Assembly (NCBI GenBank): GCA_963705105.1
Contig: CAVPIW010000012.1
Location: forward strand, 96,001-160,000
DNA: 64,000 nt
Origin: an uncultured Nitrospiraceae bacterium
Lineage (GTDB): Bacteria > Nitrospirota > Thermodesulfovibrionia > Thermodesulfovibrionales > Dissulfurispiraceae
Direction: 5' to 3'
The notes below the pieces were generated by a model, which was not told where the DNA came from, ran no database searches, and saw nothing but the letters and a program-made list of their open reading frames with translations. This document shows positions 30,953 to 42,382 of the stretch, in pieces. Position 1 is the first letter of the stretch; each line of letters begins with the position of its first letter. The position numbers and the translations under genes are program-made.

Positions 30953-31169
30953 TATCGAATAATTCGAGCAGGGAAAGGCTTCATGCAGACATCGTAAAAC
31001 TCAACTTTTCTCTCTTATCCGTTGAGTTCGGGTCAACCCGAAGAGAGTGTATCGGGAGACGTTCAAAAGAGATATGTCATAAATCAACCAGTTATTCAGG
31101 GCGCCGCCGATGGCAAGGCATTTGCTCTAATAAAAACAAAACGGTTTCACACATCAAGGGAGGTGCTGA

Positions 31170-32447
31170 ATGAAAGCGGAAATGAAGACGAGAGGTTTCC
31201 TGAGAGGAACGATGGAAGGCCCCGGAATCGTGTCCTTGCGCTGTGGTCTCTTCCTCATGGCTCTGTTTTTCCTCATCGTAAGGTCCACGGCCTTTGCGCA
31301 GGTTCCGGCCCAGGCGGTGAACAACTCCACATCGACCCGGTGCGCCGAGGAAGACAACGTCACCATCCCCCTTTTCGGAATGGTGACGTCTTTCCATATC
31401 GAGGCGACACACCCGGTCCCCCCTATTGGAGTGGATTCCTGCGCAGCGGACTTCACCAATTGCGGTCAGCCGACGGGTCCGTCATTCCCTGTTGCGAATC
31501 CAGGCACATTCAAGCTCTATGACGACGGGATCACCGTTGTCGATGCGGTCCGCGAATCCACCTGGTGGAGACCCGAGGCGATGGCTGTGCAGGTCAATGC
31601 CGGCGGCAGCCTGTCCGATATCCACTACATGAGGATCTACCGCAAGATAGCGGACGAATCATCGTGGCCTCAGGTGCTCGTTCTCTACGCCGACGGGAAC
31701 CTGAGGCTGATCCCCCATCCCCCCAGGGGCGCCGGCAGCGTCTGCTTCGGGAGCTCCGTCATCGTCGGCCCCGTGGAGCAGGGTGCGAGACCGTTTGCGG
31801 ACATCAGCTCCGTGAACTTTAACACCTCAGGGCAGACCCTGACTGTCAGCTACCGCAACGGCGGCTCCGCCGTCATTGCATTGCAGGAAATGAACCGCAG
31901 CGTGACCCGTGTGCGGGTGACGGTGAATTACCCGACAGACACGCTGCCCCTTGCCGTGTTCCGGAGCATGTTTGTGACTGAAGGGAACGCTGATGCGGAC
32001 CATGTGGAGTGGCTCGATGCCACAGGCGCGCTGAGGAATGATCCGATCCTCACGTTCCCCGGCAACACGGGGACGGAGTGGCTCTTCCGCCGTCAGACGA
32101 GGTCCCGCCACAACACCTCTGCCCCGGACATCAGGATCAAGTTGGCGTCGGTGAGATGCGCCGCGCTCCTCACGAGCGACTTCGTGCTTCATGTGCCCGC
32201 CCTGAGCTTCAACGGCCGGTTGTTCTGGGCGGACTTGACCTATGTGCCGAACAGCTCCGACTTCGAGGCGACGGGAGCGGGCGTCGTGGAGAACACTGCT
32301 GCTTTCAGCGGATGTCAGGCAGCCGCGCTGTCGGAGGACCTCAGCATCCATGTCCCCGTCATTGAGTTCTATGACGGACGGTATATGCTCGATCTGAAAT
32401 ACAGCGGCGGAGTGACATTCACGGTGACGGGTGTCGGGTCGCTGTGA
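31170..32447 (+). CDS. Hypothetical secreted protein with duplicated C-terminal domain
   Basis: Signal peptide ending AFA; two copies of A.L..D...HVP...F.G....DL.Y. Confidence 0.75.
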   Translation: MKAEMKTRGFLRGTMEGPGIVSLRCGLFLMALFFLIVRSTAFAQVPAQAVNNSTSTRCAEEDNVTIPLFGMVTSFHIEATHPVPPIGVDSCAADFTNCGQPTGPSFPVANPGTFKLYDDGITVVDAVRESTWWRPEAMAVQVNAGGSLSDIHYMRIYRKIADESSWPQVLVLYADGNLRLIPHPPRGAGSVCFGSSVIVGPVEQGARPFADISSVNFNTSGQTLTVSYRNGGSAVIALQEMNRSVTRVRVTVNYPTDTLPLAVFRSMFVTEGNADADHVEWLDATGALRNDPILTFPGNTGTEWLFRRQTRSRHNTSAPDIRIKLASVRCAALLTSDFVLHVPALSFNGRLFWADLTYVPNSSDFEATGAGVVENTAAFSGCQAAALSEDLSIHVPVIEFYDGRYMLDLKYSGGVTFTVTGVGSL

Positions 32448-32455
32448 GAGATAAC

Positions 32456-32661
32456 CTTATTGTTGCAATATGCTCCCGGGAAAGGCGGGGTGTATGCGCC
32501 GAAAACCTTGCTGCGGCGACACCATAATCGTTATTGAAGGAGAGGATGAAAGCCAAGATCGATGACACAAAGAGTGGAATCCTGAAACACGAAGCTGACA
32601 ATGCGTATCGTCGCCTTCAGCAAGGCTTTGAGGCGCTTCGCCCCGCCTTTTCATGCAACTG
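32456..32661. repeat. Type B MITE-like hairpin repeat, full copy
   Basis: Colinear with 14531-14736. Confidence 0.85.
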
Positions 32662-33228
32662 AAAGGTATCATGCTGCATTTCCTGAGGAAACTGTTCGGG
32701 ATGAAAAGACAGGAAGGCCAGACGGGCGATGCCCGGCCGAAAGACTCGAACGGGAAGAGGAAAAAGCCACGGCAGTCTTCCCCGGAGAGAACCGTAATGG
32801 TCTCCGTGCTCTGTGATCTGGGCAACCCGATACCCTATCTTGAGGGCCAGGGATTCAGGGCAATACATGCCCTCCCGCGGGACCTGAAGGTCGAGCTCCA
32901 GATAACCGGCGGATATTTCTCGTACATGCAAGGGGATTTCGGAGGGCACGGAAGGGCCGCGTCAGTCTTTCAGGTTCATCGTAAATCTGTCGATACATTG
33001 CGGTTGAACGAGATCGTGCAACGGGGACGGGTAATCGTTGCAACGGGAACGTACGAATGCATCCGGTATGGTTCGATCAGGCCTGTCCTGCATATTATCG
33101 GCCCGGAACCTCAGGTCCTGATAACCATTGAGAGCGAGTTGCTGGGACTTCAGGAACTGCACTCAGCGATAACAGACCTTGAGGTCGCGCTGAAATGGTG
33201 GACAGGAGAGGTGAGGTGGGTGGGGTGA
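32653..33228 (+). CDS. Hypothetical protein
   Basis: 191-aa ORF, no recognisable motif; start uncertain. Confidence 0.45.
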   Translation: MQLKGIMLHFLRKLFGMKRQEGQTGDARPKDSNGKRKKPRQSSPERTVMVSVLCDLGNPIPYLEGQGFRAIHALPRDLKVELQITGGYFSYMQGDFGGHGRAASVFQVHRKSVDTLRLNEIVQRGRVIVATGTYECIRYGSIRPVLHIIGPEPQVLITIESELLGLQELHSAITDLEVALKWWTGEVRWVG

Positions 33229-33343
33229 TAAAAGTACTGCAACGGCCCCCGTTGCATGGTGGGGATTGAAATGGATTTCTTTCATTGACACGGATACTGC
33301 CACTGTGTTTTCGACACCCCCCGAGAGCGTGATATAATGAGAA

Positions 33344-34677
33344 ATGAAGCGTTTGACGGCCGTTTTCATTATTCTCGCCCTTTCATTCATTACTTTCCTC
33401 GGCCTGATCTCCTCCTCCCAGGCCGAGACGAAGCCGGGCCCTGAGACGAAGGCGAGCCCCGAACGTGTCGTCCACGTTTTGACGGTAACGGCGTCATCAA
33501 CGCCGCCGCCGCGGAATACGTGCAGAAATCCCTTGACAAGTCGGCGGAAAGCGGCGCGGTGCTCTGTGTCATCGAGCTCGACACTCCCGGCGGTCTCGAC
33601 ACGTCCATGAGAAGCATCGTGAAGGCGATGAACGCCAGCTCCGTTCCCGTCGCAGTCTATGTCTCGCCCAGCGGGGCGCGGGCCGCGTCGGCCGGCGTCT
33701 TCATCACCATGGCGGCACATGTCGCCGCGATGGCGCCGGGCACGAACATCGGCGCCGCCCATCCCGTCGCCGTGGGCCAGAAGATGGACAAGGTCGCCTC
33801 CGAGAAGGCGACGAACGACTCTGTCGCCTACATCCGCTCCATCGCGGAGCAGCGGGGCCGGAACGCCCAGTGGGCGGAGCAGGCCGTGCGCAAGAGCGTG
33901 TCCGTCACGGAGAAGGAGGCGCTGAACCTGCATGTCATCGACGTGACGACGGATAATCTCGCATCTCTCCTTTCGGCCGTCAACGGGCGCTCGGTGCGTA
34001 CTGCCGCGGGCGACCGGACGCTCATGACCGCCGGCGCGAAGATCGTCCGCGTCGAAAAGGGGATCAGGCACAGGATCCTCGACCTGATCGGCGACCCGAC
34101 GGTGGCGTATCTGCTCATGCTCCTCGGCTTCTACGGAATATTCTTCGAGCTGACCAATCCCGGAACGGTCCTGCCGGGGGTCCTCGGCGGCATCTTCCTC
34201 GTGCTCGCCTTTTACGCCTTCCAGACCCTGCCTGTCAATTACGCGGGTCTTCTCCTGATCATTATCGGTCTCGTCCTCTTCATCCTCGAGGTGAAGATCA
34301 CGTCTTACGGCATGCTGACGATCGGCGGCATCCTCTCGATCGTCCTCGGCTCTCTCATGCTTTTCGACTCGCCCCTGCCCGTCTTCAAACTCTCGCTGAC
34401 GGTCGTCCTCCCTGCGGCACTCGTGACGGCCGTCTTCTTTGCGGTTACCGTCAGGCTCGCCTACAGGGCGGCGAGGAAGAAACCCGTGACCGGCGCCGAG
34501 GGGCTTGTGGGCATGACAGGCGTGGCAAAGACGGATGTCACCGGCAGCGGCGGCATGGTCCTCGTTCACGGGGAGTTCTGGACCGCCGAATCGCCCGCGC
34601 CGGTGAAGACGGGGGAGCAGGTCGTCGTCGAGGCGGTGGACGGTCTCCGCCTTCGCGTGAGACCGAAGTTTCCTTGA
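33344..34677 (+). CDS. nfeD: NfeD membrane-bound serine protease (frameshift near 33485)
   Basis: LDTPGG, RAASAG, TNIGAAHPV, C-terminal OB fold VHGEFW; signal peptide in a different frame. Confidence 0.88.
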
Positions 34678-34714
34678 AAAAAGTGAATTCCGTTCCTTAG
34701 AATAGTCAGACTTT

Positions 34715-35677
34715 ATGAGAGCCCTCGTTACCGGCGCGACCGGTTTCATCGGGAGTCATCTCACCGAGGCCCTTGTGCGGGAGGGATTCGATGTCACCTG
34801 CCTCGTCAGGGATCCGTCAAAGGCGGAGGTGCTCGAGGGACTCAATGTGAGAATCGCCGTCGGAGATTGCCTGAAGCGGGAGTCTCTCGACAGGGCCGTC
34901 GCCGATGCGGATTTCGTTTTCCACGTCGCAGGGCTGACAAAGAGCCATTCGCCGGAGCAGTTCCACGCCGTCAATGTCCTGGGAACGGAGAACGTACTCG
35001 ATGCGGTGAGCAGGAACAGCGAGAGGCTGAGGCGGTTCGTGCATGTCAGCAGTCTCGCTGCGGCCGGACCCTGCAGGAACGAGACGCCTCTCACCGAAGT
35101 GAACGAGCCGAAGCCCGTTTCGGTCTACGGCAAGTCCAAACTGGATGGCGAGAATGCGGTCCGTGCGCGAAAGGACGAACTGCCCGTCACGATCATAAGG
35201 CCCCCGGCCGTGTATGGTCCGCGGGACCGTGACATGCTCGTCTTCTTCAAGATGGTCAAGAGCGGCATCTTCCCGTACTGGGGAAAGTGCTTTTATTCTT
35301 TCATCTACGTCGACGATCTTGTCCGCGGGCTCATCATGTCCGCCCTCAGCAGGGAGGCGGAGGGAGAGACTTTTTTTCTCTCTGATGGTAATATGTATTC
35401 TACGGATGAAATATTCTCTGCGCTCTCTCTGGCGCTCCAGAGGAAGCCCCTGAAGGTGCTGCTGCCGAGGTGCATTCTCACCGTCCTGGGCCGCCTTACG
35501 GTGAGGACGGGGAGTGCTTCCATCATGAATGCCGATAAATTCAGAGAGCTCATGTTTACGCGCTGGTTGTGCGACGCCCGGAAGGCAGCGGTCAGGCTGA
35601 ACTTTATTCCGGGCGTTGATCTGCAGAAAGGGATGAAATGGACAGCGGACTGGTACAGGATTCATCGATGGCTGTAA
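34715..35677 (+). CDS. NAD-dependent epimerase/dehydratase, putative ceramide reductase CerR
   Basis: [26 protein letters not shown]; overlaps the spt-like gene. Confidence 0.8.
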   Translation: MRALVTGATGFIGSHLTEALVREGFDVTCLVRDPSKAEVLEGLNVRIAVGDCLKRESLDRAVADADFVFHVAGLTKSHSPEQFHAVNVLGTENVLDAVSRNSERLRRFVHVSSLAAAGPCRNETPLTEVNEPKPVSVYGKSKLDGENAVRARKDELPVTIIRPPAVYGPRDRDMLVFFKMVKSGIFPYWGKCFYSFIYVDDLVRGLIMSALSREAEGETFFLSDGNMYSTDEIFSALSLALQRKPLKVLLPRCILTVLGRLTVRTGSASIMNADKFRELMFTRWLCDARKAAVRLNFIPGVDLQKGMKWTADWYRIHRWL

Positions 35678-36867
35678 AGAAAGGCGTGGATCTCTTCGAG
35701 AAGTGCCGCAGGTTTACGGCGGCGAAGGAACTCCAGAGCATCGGCATCTACCCTTTCTTCAGGATGATCGAAAGCGCTCAGGACCCCGTCGTCATTCTCA
35801 ACGGCAGGCGGATGATCATGGTCGGCTCGAACAACTACCTGGGGCTCACGAATCACCCGAAGGTCAAAGAGGCGGCCATCGAGGCGGTGAAGAAGTACGG
35901 CACGGGATGCGCGGGATCGCGCTTCCTCAACGGCACCCTGGACATCCATGTCCGCCTTGAGGAAAAGCTCGCCTCGTTTATGAGGAAAGAGGCGGCCCTC
36001 GTCTTCTCGACGGGGTTCCAGGTCAACCTCGGCGTCATCTCGGCCCTCGTCGGCAAGGACGATGTCGTCATCATCGACAAGATGGACCACGCGAGCATCG
36101 TCGACGGATGCAGGCTGTCCTACGGCGAGGTGAAGAGGTTCCGGCACAATGACGTGGCCGACCTGGAGCGCATCCTCGCCGGGAGCGACGGACGGGGCAA
36201 ACTCGTCGTCGTCGACGGCGTCTTCAGCATGGAGGGCGATATCATCAATCTGCCCGACGTCGTCACGATAGCGGCTCAATACGGCGCCCGGCTGATGGTT
36301 GACGACGCCCACGGGATCGGGGTCCTCGGCAAGACGGGCAGGGGGACGGCGGAGCATTTCGGACTTGAAAAGGAAGTAGACCTTATCATGGGCACGTACA
36401 GCAAGTCCCTGGCGTCCATCGGCGGCTTTGTGGCGGCGGACGCGGACGTCATTCACTACATCAAGCATTTTGCACGGGCGCTCATGTTCAGCGCAAGCCC
36501 GACGCCCGCTTCCATCGCGGCTGTCAGCGTCGCCCTCGACATCATCGAAAACGAGCCCGAACGGATTGCGCAGTTATGGAAAAACACCCATAAGATGCTC
36601 AAGGGATTCCGTGAACTCGGCTTCGAAATCGGCCCCAGCGAAACGCCGATCGTCCCCATCGTCGTCGGTGATGATATGATCGCCTTCCGCATGGCACGGA
36701 TGCTCCAGGACGAGGGCGTCTTTGCGAACGTCGCCGTTTCACCGGCCGTTCCGCCCGGCAAGTCCCTCATCCGGACGAGTTACATGGCCACCCACACCGA
36801 TGAGCACCTTGACGAGGTGCTCGGGGCGTTCCGGAAAGTCGGCAGGGCTCTCGGCCTTATTCCATGA
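35668..36867 (+). CDS. spt: Alpha-oxoamine synthase, putative serine palmitoyltransferase
   Basis: [38 protein letters not shown]; ceramide-gene context. Confidence 0.78.
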   Translation: MAVKKGVDLFEKCRRFTAAKELQSIGIYPFFRMIESAQDPVVILNGRRMIMVGSNNYLGLTNHPKVKEAAIEAVKKYGTGCAGSRFLNGTLDIHVRLEEKLASFMRKEAALVFSTGFQVNLGVISALVGKDDVVIIDKMDHASIVDGCRLSYGEVKRFRHNDVADLERILAGSDGRGKLVVVDGVFSMEGDIINLPDVVTIAAQYGARLMVDDAHGIGVLGKTGRGTAEHFGLEKEVDLIMGTYSKSLASIGGFVAADADVIHYIKHFARALMFSASPTPASIAAVSVALDIIENEPERIAQLWKNTHKMLKGFRELGFEIGPSETPIVPIVVGDDMIAFRMARMLQDEGVFANVAVSPAVPPGKSLIRTSYMATHTDEHLDEVLGAFRKVGRALGLIP

Positions 36868-36886
36868 GCGGCCCTGGGGCTCCGCC

Positions 36887-37999
36887 GTGAAGTCCGTCCG
36901 GGTCAGGGAAGCGGTGACCAAAGATGACATGCTCGGCTTCATCCGCTTACCCCTCCGCCTTTACCGTGAAGATCACCTGTACGCCCCGCAATTGACGAGG
37001 GACCTCCTCGTCCATTTTTCCCGTAAGAATCCCTTCCTCCGGGAAGCGGAGGTGAGGTTTTTTCTCGCCTATCACAAGGGACGCATTGCGGGGCGCATCG
37101 CCTCCATCATCAGTCATGAGCACATCGCGCTGCACGGCGAGAAGGCAGGTTTTTTCGGGTTCTACGAGTGCATTGACGACAGGGCCGTCTCATCGGCGCT
37201 GCTCGGGGCCGTCGGTGACACGCTGAAGGCGCAGGGCCTGGAGATCATGCGCGGTCCCATGAATTTCTCGACCAATGAAGAATGCGGGTTCCTGATCGAG
37301 GGCTACGAAGACCCTCCCATGCTCATGACGCCCCACAACCCTCCCTATTACCGGGATCTGATGGAGGAGGCGGGGTTTGAGAAGGCGAAGGACCTGTACG
37401 CATACCTTCACACGGTGGCCCCGCAACTGCCGGAGAAGGTGGTGCGCGTGGCCGCCCTGGCTGAGCGCAAGGGTATCAGGGCGAGGACCATCGACATGAA
37501 GAACTTCGGGTCGGAAATGCTTGCATTCAGGGAGGTCTACAACTCGGCCTGGCAGAAGAACTGGGGTTTCCTCCCCATGACCGTCGATGAACTCGGGTAT
37601 ACGGCGAAACGGTTGAAACCCCTCGTCAATCCGCGGTTGTGCATCATTGCGGAATACAAGGGCGAACCCGTCGGATTTCTCGGCATGGTCCCGGACTTCA
37701 ACGAAGTGCTGAGGCTCATGCACGGAAGGATCACTCCCGTCACTCTCCTGAAGGCCCTCTGGCACAGCCGCAAGATACGGAACCTCAGACTTCTCCTGTA
37801 CGGGATCAAGGAGCCCTTCCGGAACCGGGGGGTTGACGCCCTCATGTTCAGTGAGGGCTTTAAGACCGTCAAGGAAGGGTATCGTCATGTCGAGTTCTCA
37901 TGGATTCTCGAAGACAACGAGCCGGTGAAGAGGATTGCCGAGATGTTCAGCGCCAGACTGTACAAAAAATACAGGATCTTCGAGAAGAAGCTCACGTAA
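36887..37999 (+). CDS. GNAT-like bacterial ceramide synthase (bCerS-like)
   Basis: GRIAS..GFFGFYEC..GPMNFSTNEECG..HNPPYY..NWGFLP..SWILEDN. Confidence 0.75.
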   Translation: MKSVRVREAVTKDDMLGFIRLPLRLYREDHLYAPQLTRDLLVHFSRKNPFLREAEVRFFLAYHKGRIAGRIASIISHEHIALHGEKAGFFGFYECIDDRAVSSALLGAVGDTLKAQGLEIMRGPMNFSTNEECGFLIEGYEDPPMLMTPHNPPYYRDLMEEAGFEKAKDLYAYLHTVAPQLPEKVVRVAALAERKGIRARTIDMKNFGSEMLAFREVYNSAWQKNWGFLPMTVDELGYTAKRLKPLVNPRLCIIAEYKGEPVGFLGMVPDFNEVLRLMHGRITPVTLLKALWHSRKIRNLRLLLYGIKEPFRNRGVDALMFSEGFKTVKEGYRHVEFSWILEDNEPVKRIAEMFSARLYKKYRIFEKKLT

Positions 38000-38001
38000 A
38001 A

Positions 38002-38106
38002 GACAGTGTGAGTGTGAGTGTGAGTGCCAGTGAAGGAGTATTTTGTGACATTCACACTATATCAAAACCTTCCTTTCACTGACACTGACACTCACACTCA
38101 CACTAT
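38002..38106. repeat. Hexamer-built long palindrome between convergent genes
   Basis: AGTGTGAGTGTGAGTGTGAGTGCCAGTGAA ... TTCACTGACACTGACACTCACACTCACACT. Confidence 0.85.
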
Positions 38107-39336
38107 CTTTTTCAGGACAAGGACCGCGTTCATGCCCCCGAAGCCGAAGGAATGGGTCATCATGACGCGCAACGGGGCCTGTCTTGCCTCCCTTGACACG
38201 TTGACGGTACATGCCGGATCAGGTTCGGACAGGTTCAAGGTGGGTGGGATGATGCCTTCCCGGAGGCTCCTGAGTGCGCAGGCGATCTCGAAGGCCCCCG
38301 ATGCGGCAAGCATGTGGCCGGTCATCGACTTGACGGCGCTCAGGGGGATGTCCGCTCTGTCCCTGAAGACCCTCCTGATCGCCGATGCCTCCACCTTGTC
38401 GCCGATCGATGTTGACGTGCTGTGCGCGCTGATCGCATCGATGTCAGCAGCCGTGATGCCCGCATCGTCTATGGCCTGCTCCATCGCGCGGACCTGTCCC
38501 TGCAGGTCGGGAGAGGTGATGTGAAAGGCGTCGGTCGTGTTGCTGTATCCGATGACTTCTCCATAAACGGGGGCGTTTCTCGACAATGCGGATTCCAGGT
38601 CTTCAATCACGAGAACGGCCGCGCCTTCGGACAGCACAAAGCCGTCCCTGTTTTTATCGAAGGGCCTGCTTGCCCCGGGGCCCTCGATCTTTGACAGGGC
38701 GCCTGCACATCCGTACCCCTCGATGCTGATCCTGCAGAGAGGCGCCTCCGTTCCCCCGGCGATCACGATCCGGGCGCACCCGTGTCTGACAAGGCGACAT
38801 GCCTCTCCGACGGCGATGGAGCCGGAGGCGCAGGCATTCGAGATGCCAAGGCAGGCGCCCCTGATCCCGAGCTTCTGTGCGACCACGGACGCCGCCATGC
38901 CGATGGTGGACGACGGCATGACGTAGGGTGAAAGTCGCGAGGGAGAGCCGGAATACAACTTCTTCGATTCCCTCTCGATCGTCATGATGCCGCCGCGGCT
39001 CGACCCGATGACGACTCCTGAAGACAGCGGAATGATATTCGTGGGCTGCCGTCCGGGGATGAGCAGCCGTGCATCCTCCGCTGCCATGGTGGCAGCGGCA
39101 ACGGCGTACTGTATGAAAGGATCGTAGCGCAGCATCTCCTTCCGGGTCAGGAAGGCGGAAGGGTCAAAATCCGTCACTTCACCGGCATATCGCCAGGGGA
39201 GCCCCGAGGCGTCGAACCTCGTGATCCGTCCGATGCCGGACACACCTCTCCTGACCATGTCCCACGATAACGCGAAGGTGCCGGCAAGAGGGGTGACCGC
39301 CCCGATGCCCGTTACGACGACTCTTTTCATATCCAT
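38098..39336 (-). CDS. fabF: Beta-ketoacyl-ACP synthase II
   Basis: RVVVTGIG, ACASG, AHSTST, KSMTGH, SFGFGG. Confidence 0.9.
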   Translation of the reverse strand: MDMKRVVVTGIGAVTPLAGTFALSWDMVRRGVSGIGRITRFDASGLPWRYAGEVTDFDPSAFLTRKEMLRYDPFIQYAVAAATMAAEDARLLIPGRQPTNIIPLSSGVVIGSSRGGIMTIERESKKLYSGSPSRLSPYVMPSSTIGMAASVVAQKLGIRGACLGISNACASGSIAVGEACRLVRHGCARIVIAGGTEAPLCRISIEGYGCAGALSKIEGPGASRPFDKNRDGFVLSEGAAVLVIEDLESALSRNAPVYGEVIGYSNTTDAFHITSPDLQGQVRAMEQAIDDAGITAADIDAISAHSTSTSIGDKVEASAIRRVFRDRADIPLSAVKSMTGHMLAASGAFEIACALRSLREGIIPPTLNLSEPDPACTVNVSREARQAPLRVMMTHSFGFGGMNAVLVLKKIV

Positions 39337-39586
39337 CCTGAGACAGTGTGAGTGACAGTGACAGTGACAGTGTGAGTGTCAGTGCCGGTGACAAGAAGCA
39401 TATTTTATCGTACCATAGCCGCATGCTGAAGATGCCTTATCTTTTTTTCGTTGTCCATTTATGGTAAAGTTGTTATATAAAAACAAATTGCTTTTTTATA
39501 GTCAATAATTGCTGTCTATAACAATCAGGACCGCGCATACCCCTGGTTCCCGGGGTGGTTAGAAATCTTTTTTTGCAAAGAGCGAT

Positions 39587-40454
39587 ATGAAGAGGACATT
39601 GAAAGAACGCAGGGAAAAGCTGGGATTCTCGCTCCATGAGATCGCGCTGAAGACGAGGATCAGGGTCTCTTTTTTGAAGGCGATTGAGGAGGGGATGTAT
39701 GACGAACTCCCCGGTGACGTCTATGCCCGCGGGTATATCAAGGACTACGCCAGGTTCCTCGGCGTCCCCCCGGAAGCAGGAAATCGCTTCCTACGAAGAG
39801 CATCTCGCAAACAAAAAGATCGTGCCGGCGGAGGAGGAAAAAAAGGTCCAGCCTCAGGCCGACCGGGTAAGGAGCGTGAGGATGCCCGCAATCAGCTTCC
39901 CCCGGAGGCTCATGTGGGTCATGCCGGCGATTCTGGTCCTCCTCGTGGCGGTTGCGCTCGTGCAGTACAGGTACGGCGGAAACGCGGGCGTCCCCCGGAA
40001 GGCTTCCCCGGAGGCCCCTGTCAGCGCTCCCGTCAAGACTGACGAGAGCGTCGCTCAGCAGGGCGGCGAACAGGCCCCTTTGAAGCCGTCGCCGGAAGGC
40101 CCCGTCGCATCGGAGCGGGAAACCCGCAAGGATGGCCACAACCTCGATATCGTCGCGACCGATGCCGTCTGGCTCCAGGTCGTGATCGACAATGCCGACA
40201 AGAGGGAAATGCAGTTGCAGCCCGGTGAGCGGGTGTCCCTTTCCGCAAGAGAATCATTTGCGCTCAAGATCGGAAACGCCGGCGGCGTGAAACTGAAATT
40301 CGACGGCAGGGATTTCGAAAACCTGGGACAAAAAGGCCAGGTCATCAGGCTCCATCTTCCCGAAGCTGTCCCGCAGGGCATCACGACAGGACAGAACAGG
40401 TCCATTATCACGCCTGCCGAGGCCTCTTCTCAAACGATGCTGCGACAGCAGTAA
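39587..40454 (+). CDS. rodZ: RodZ-like protein (HTH + TM + DUF4115), frameshift near 39775
   Basis: AIEEG.YDELPG.VYARGYIK.YARFLG in one frame; TM and IGNAGGV..LGQKGQV in another. Confidence 0.8.
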
Positions 40455-40459
40455 GCCCC

Positions 40460-42382
40460 ATGAAATTCGGCACCGTCGGTGACCATCTCAATGCCAGGAC
40501 GGTCACTATATTCGCCATTCAGTTCCTCCTCGTCATGACCGTCCTCGGTTACCGCGCCTGGACGGACACGAGCATCGAGTGTGTCCGCTGCCACGGGGAC
40601 CGCCAGAAGATGGAGAAATACGGGTTCCCGGCCATGTATATGACGAGGGAGATGGTGGAGCGGGAATCGGGTCATCCCAATGTGCAGTGCCGTGATTGCC
40701 ATCTCGGCGACGGCAGGGCGAGGTCACCGGAAAAGGCCCACAAGGGCATGCTCGCCGTCCTCATTATCGACAATAACGGCGCCGTTCTGAAGAGGAAAGA
40801 CGTCCATCGTCGCGACCTCGTGCCGGAAGGTGAGGACAGGATCCGGGAGATGCTCCCGCAGGTTGCCGGGAACGGCGGACTAACCCCTCATCCCGATGTG
40901 CGGAATGTCCTGTGGCATGACAGGGACCCGGTCACGCTGAACTTCGATCCGGCCATCGCTGCGAAAACGTGCGGCAAACCGGACTGCCATCCGGAGGAGC
41001 TCAAACAATTCAGGACGACGGTCATGGGGGCCAATTTCCGGCAGAGGACCATGGTGACATGGCTGAAGCCTTACGGCCCTCAGAATTGAGGGCCCTCCTT
41101 CGCGGATCTGCCTCCGGCGGAGGCACTCACGGGAGCCGGCTTCTCATCTAAGAATACCGAAGAGATCAGGAAGGAAATCGCCGTCCCCTTTTCGCAGGAA
41201 CAGGCCGAGGCGAAACAACGCTTCTGCAACGTCTGCCACACGGGCTGCCTCGATTGCCACTACGCGCCGGACCGTGAAAAGGGTGTACACCATTTCCAGA
41301 ACAGGCCGCGCTCCGAGACCTGCGGCGGCTATGGAAGGGGCACGAGCATCTGCCATCCCGGCGCCATGCAGAGCAGGCGCGGAGAGACCTACATCGGGGG
41401 GGACTACTCGATCCCGACGGGTATGGAACCCGACGTGCATTACAAAAAGGACATCCACTGCGCCGACTGCCATAGCACCGGTGTGCGGGGCATGGGAGAC
41501 ATGCAGCGCAAGGCCCACTGCCAGGACTGCCATATCGAGATCGAAGAGGCCCATGCCGCAAGCATCCACCGCAACCTCGACTGCTCCACCTGCCATATCA
41601 ACGAACTGAGGGGCTACCAGGTCGTGATCTGGGGACCGGGCGAGGTGGCGGGCAAGGCAAATCCCTTCAAGAAGTATTCCCTCTATTACGGCATCCAGAA
41701 GCCCCCCATCCTCATGAAGGACCAGAAGGGGCGGTGGATGGCGGTGAAGGTCTTCCCGCACAGCGTCGGAAACATGGCGAACGATGTGGGACCGTCGGGA
41801 AAAGTGCAGTTCCGCTGGCCCGGCGGGGAGACGCGCGATCCCTATTACATCGTCGGGACCTTTTCCGCCCCCTCCAACAACAAACACCTCCTCTGGCTCG
41901 AGATTCAGCAGGCTTCACATCCCTACGGCAAGGGGAGGAGCTGCGGGAGCTGTCACGGTGACAGGCAGGTGACGACATCGCGGTGGGAGTATATGGACGA
42001 CCAGGGGGCGGCGGCGCCCTTCGCAGGCGGATACAGGATCGTCGCGGACAAGGACGGACTGCGCGTTGTCGATCTGCGCAGCACCTCGGAGATCAAACCG
42101 GCGCCGGGGTATAAACCGGAGGACTTCGCCGCGTGGCTCTATTTCAGGGACAAGTGGAGCATGCCCGGTGACTTCTCGATCAGCACTGAGAAGGAGAAAT
42201 ATGCGCGGTACCTGTCCCTGTCGAAGAAGATGGAGGTGGAGCTGAGAGAGATGGAAAAACGTGTCGGAAAGGATGACAAGAGGGCGCAGAAGAGATTCAA
42301 AGAGCTGAGGGGAGTGGTGCGTCACAACGAGGACAAGGCCCCCGACGCGATCGGCGCGTTCAGGGAGAAGGCGGGACGATGA
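40460..42382 (+). CDS. Multiheme c-type cytochrome, probable selenoprotein (TGA at 41087-41089)
   Basis: ORFs 40460-41089 and 41366-42382 are in frame; the gap is open and encodes CNVCH and CLDCH; 8 CxxCH + CX4CH + CX9CH in total; N-terminal TM/signal. Confidence 0.87.
41109..41125 (+). promoter_or_regulatory. Putative bacterial SECIS hairpin
   Basis: TGCCTCC-GGC-GGAGGCA stem-loop 19 nt after the in-frame TGA. Confidence 0.65.

Noticed and set aside
35668..36867. BioF or Kbl assignment
   Set aside because: No biotin or threonine dehydrogenase neighbours; flanked by CerR-like and bCerS-like genes; not excluded without phylogeny
38002..39390. Hexamer runs as CRISPR repeats
   Set aside because: No constant 23-47 bp repeats with unique spacers and no cas genes
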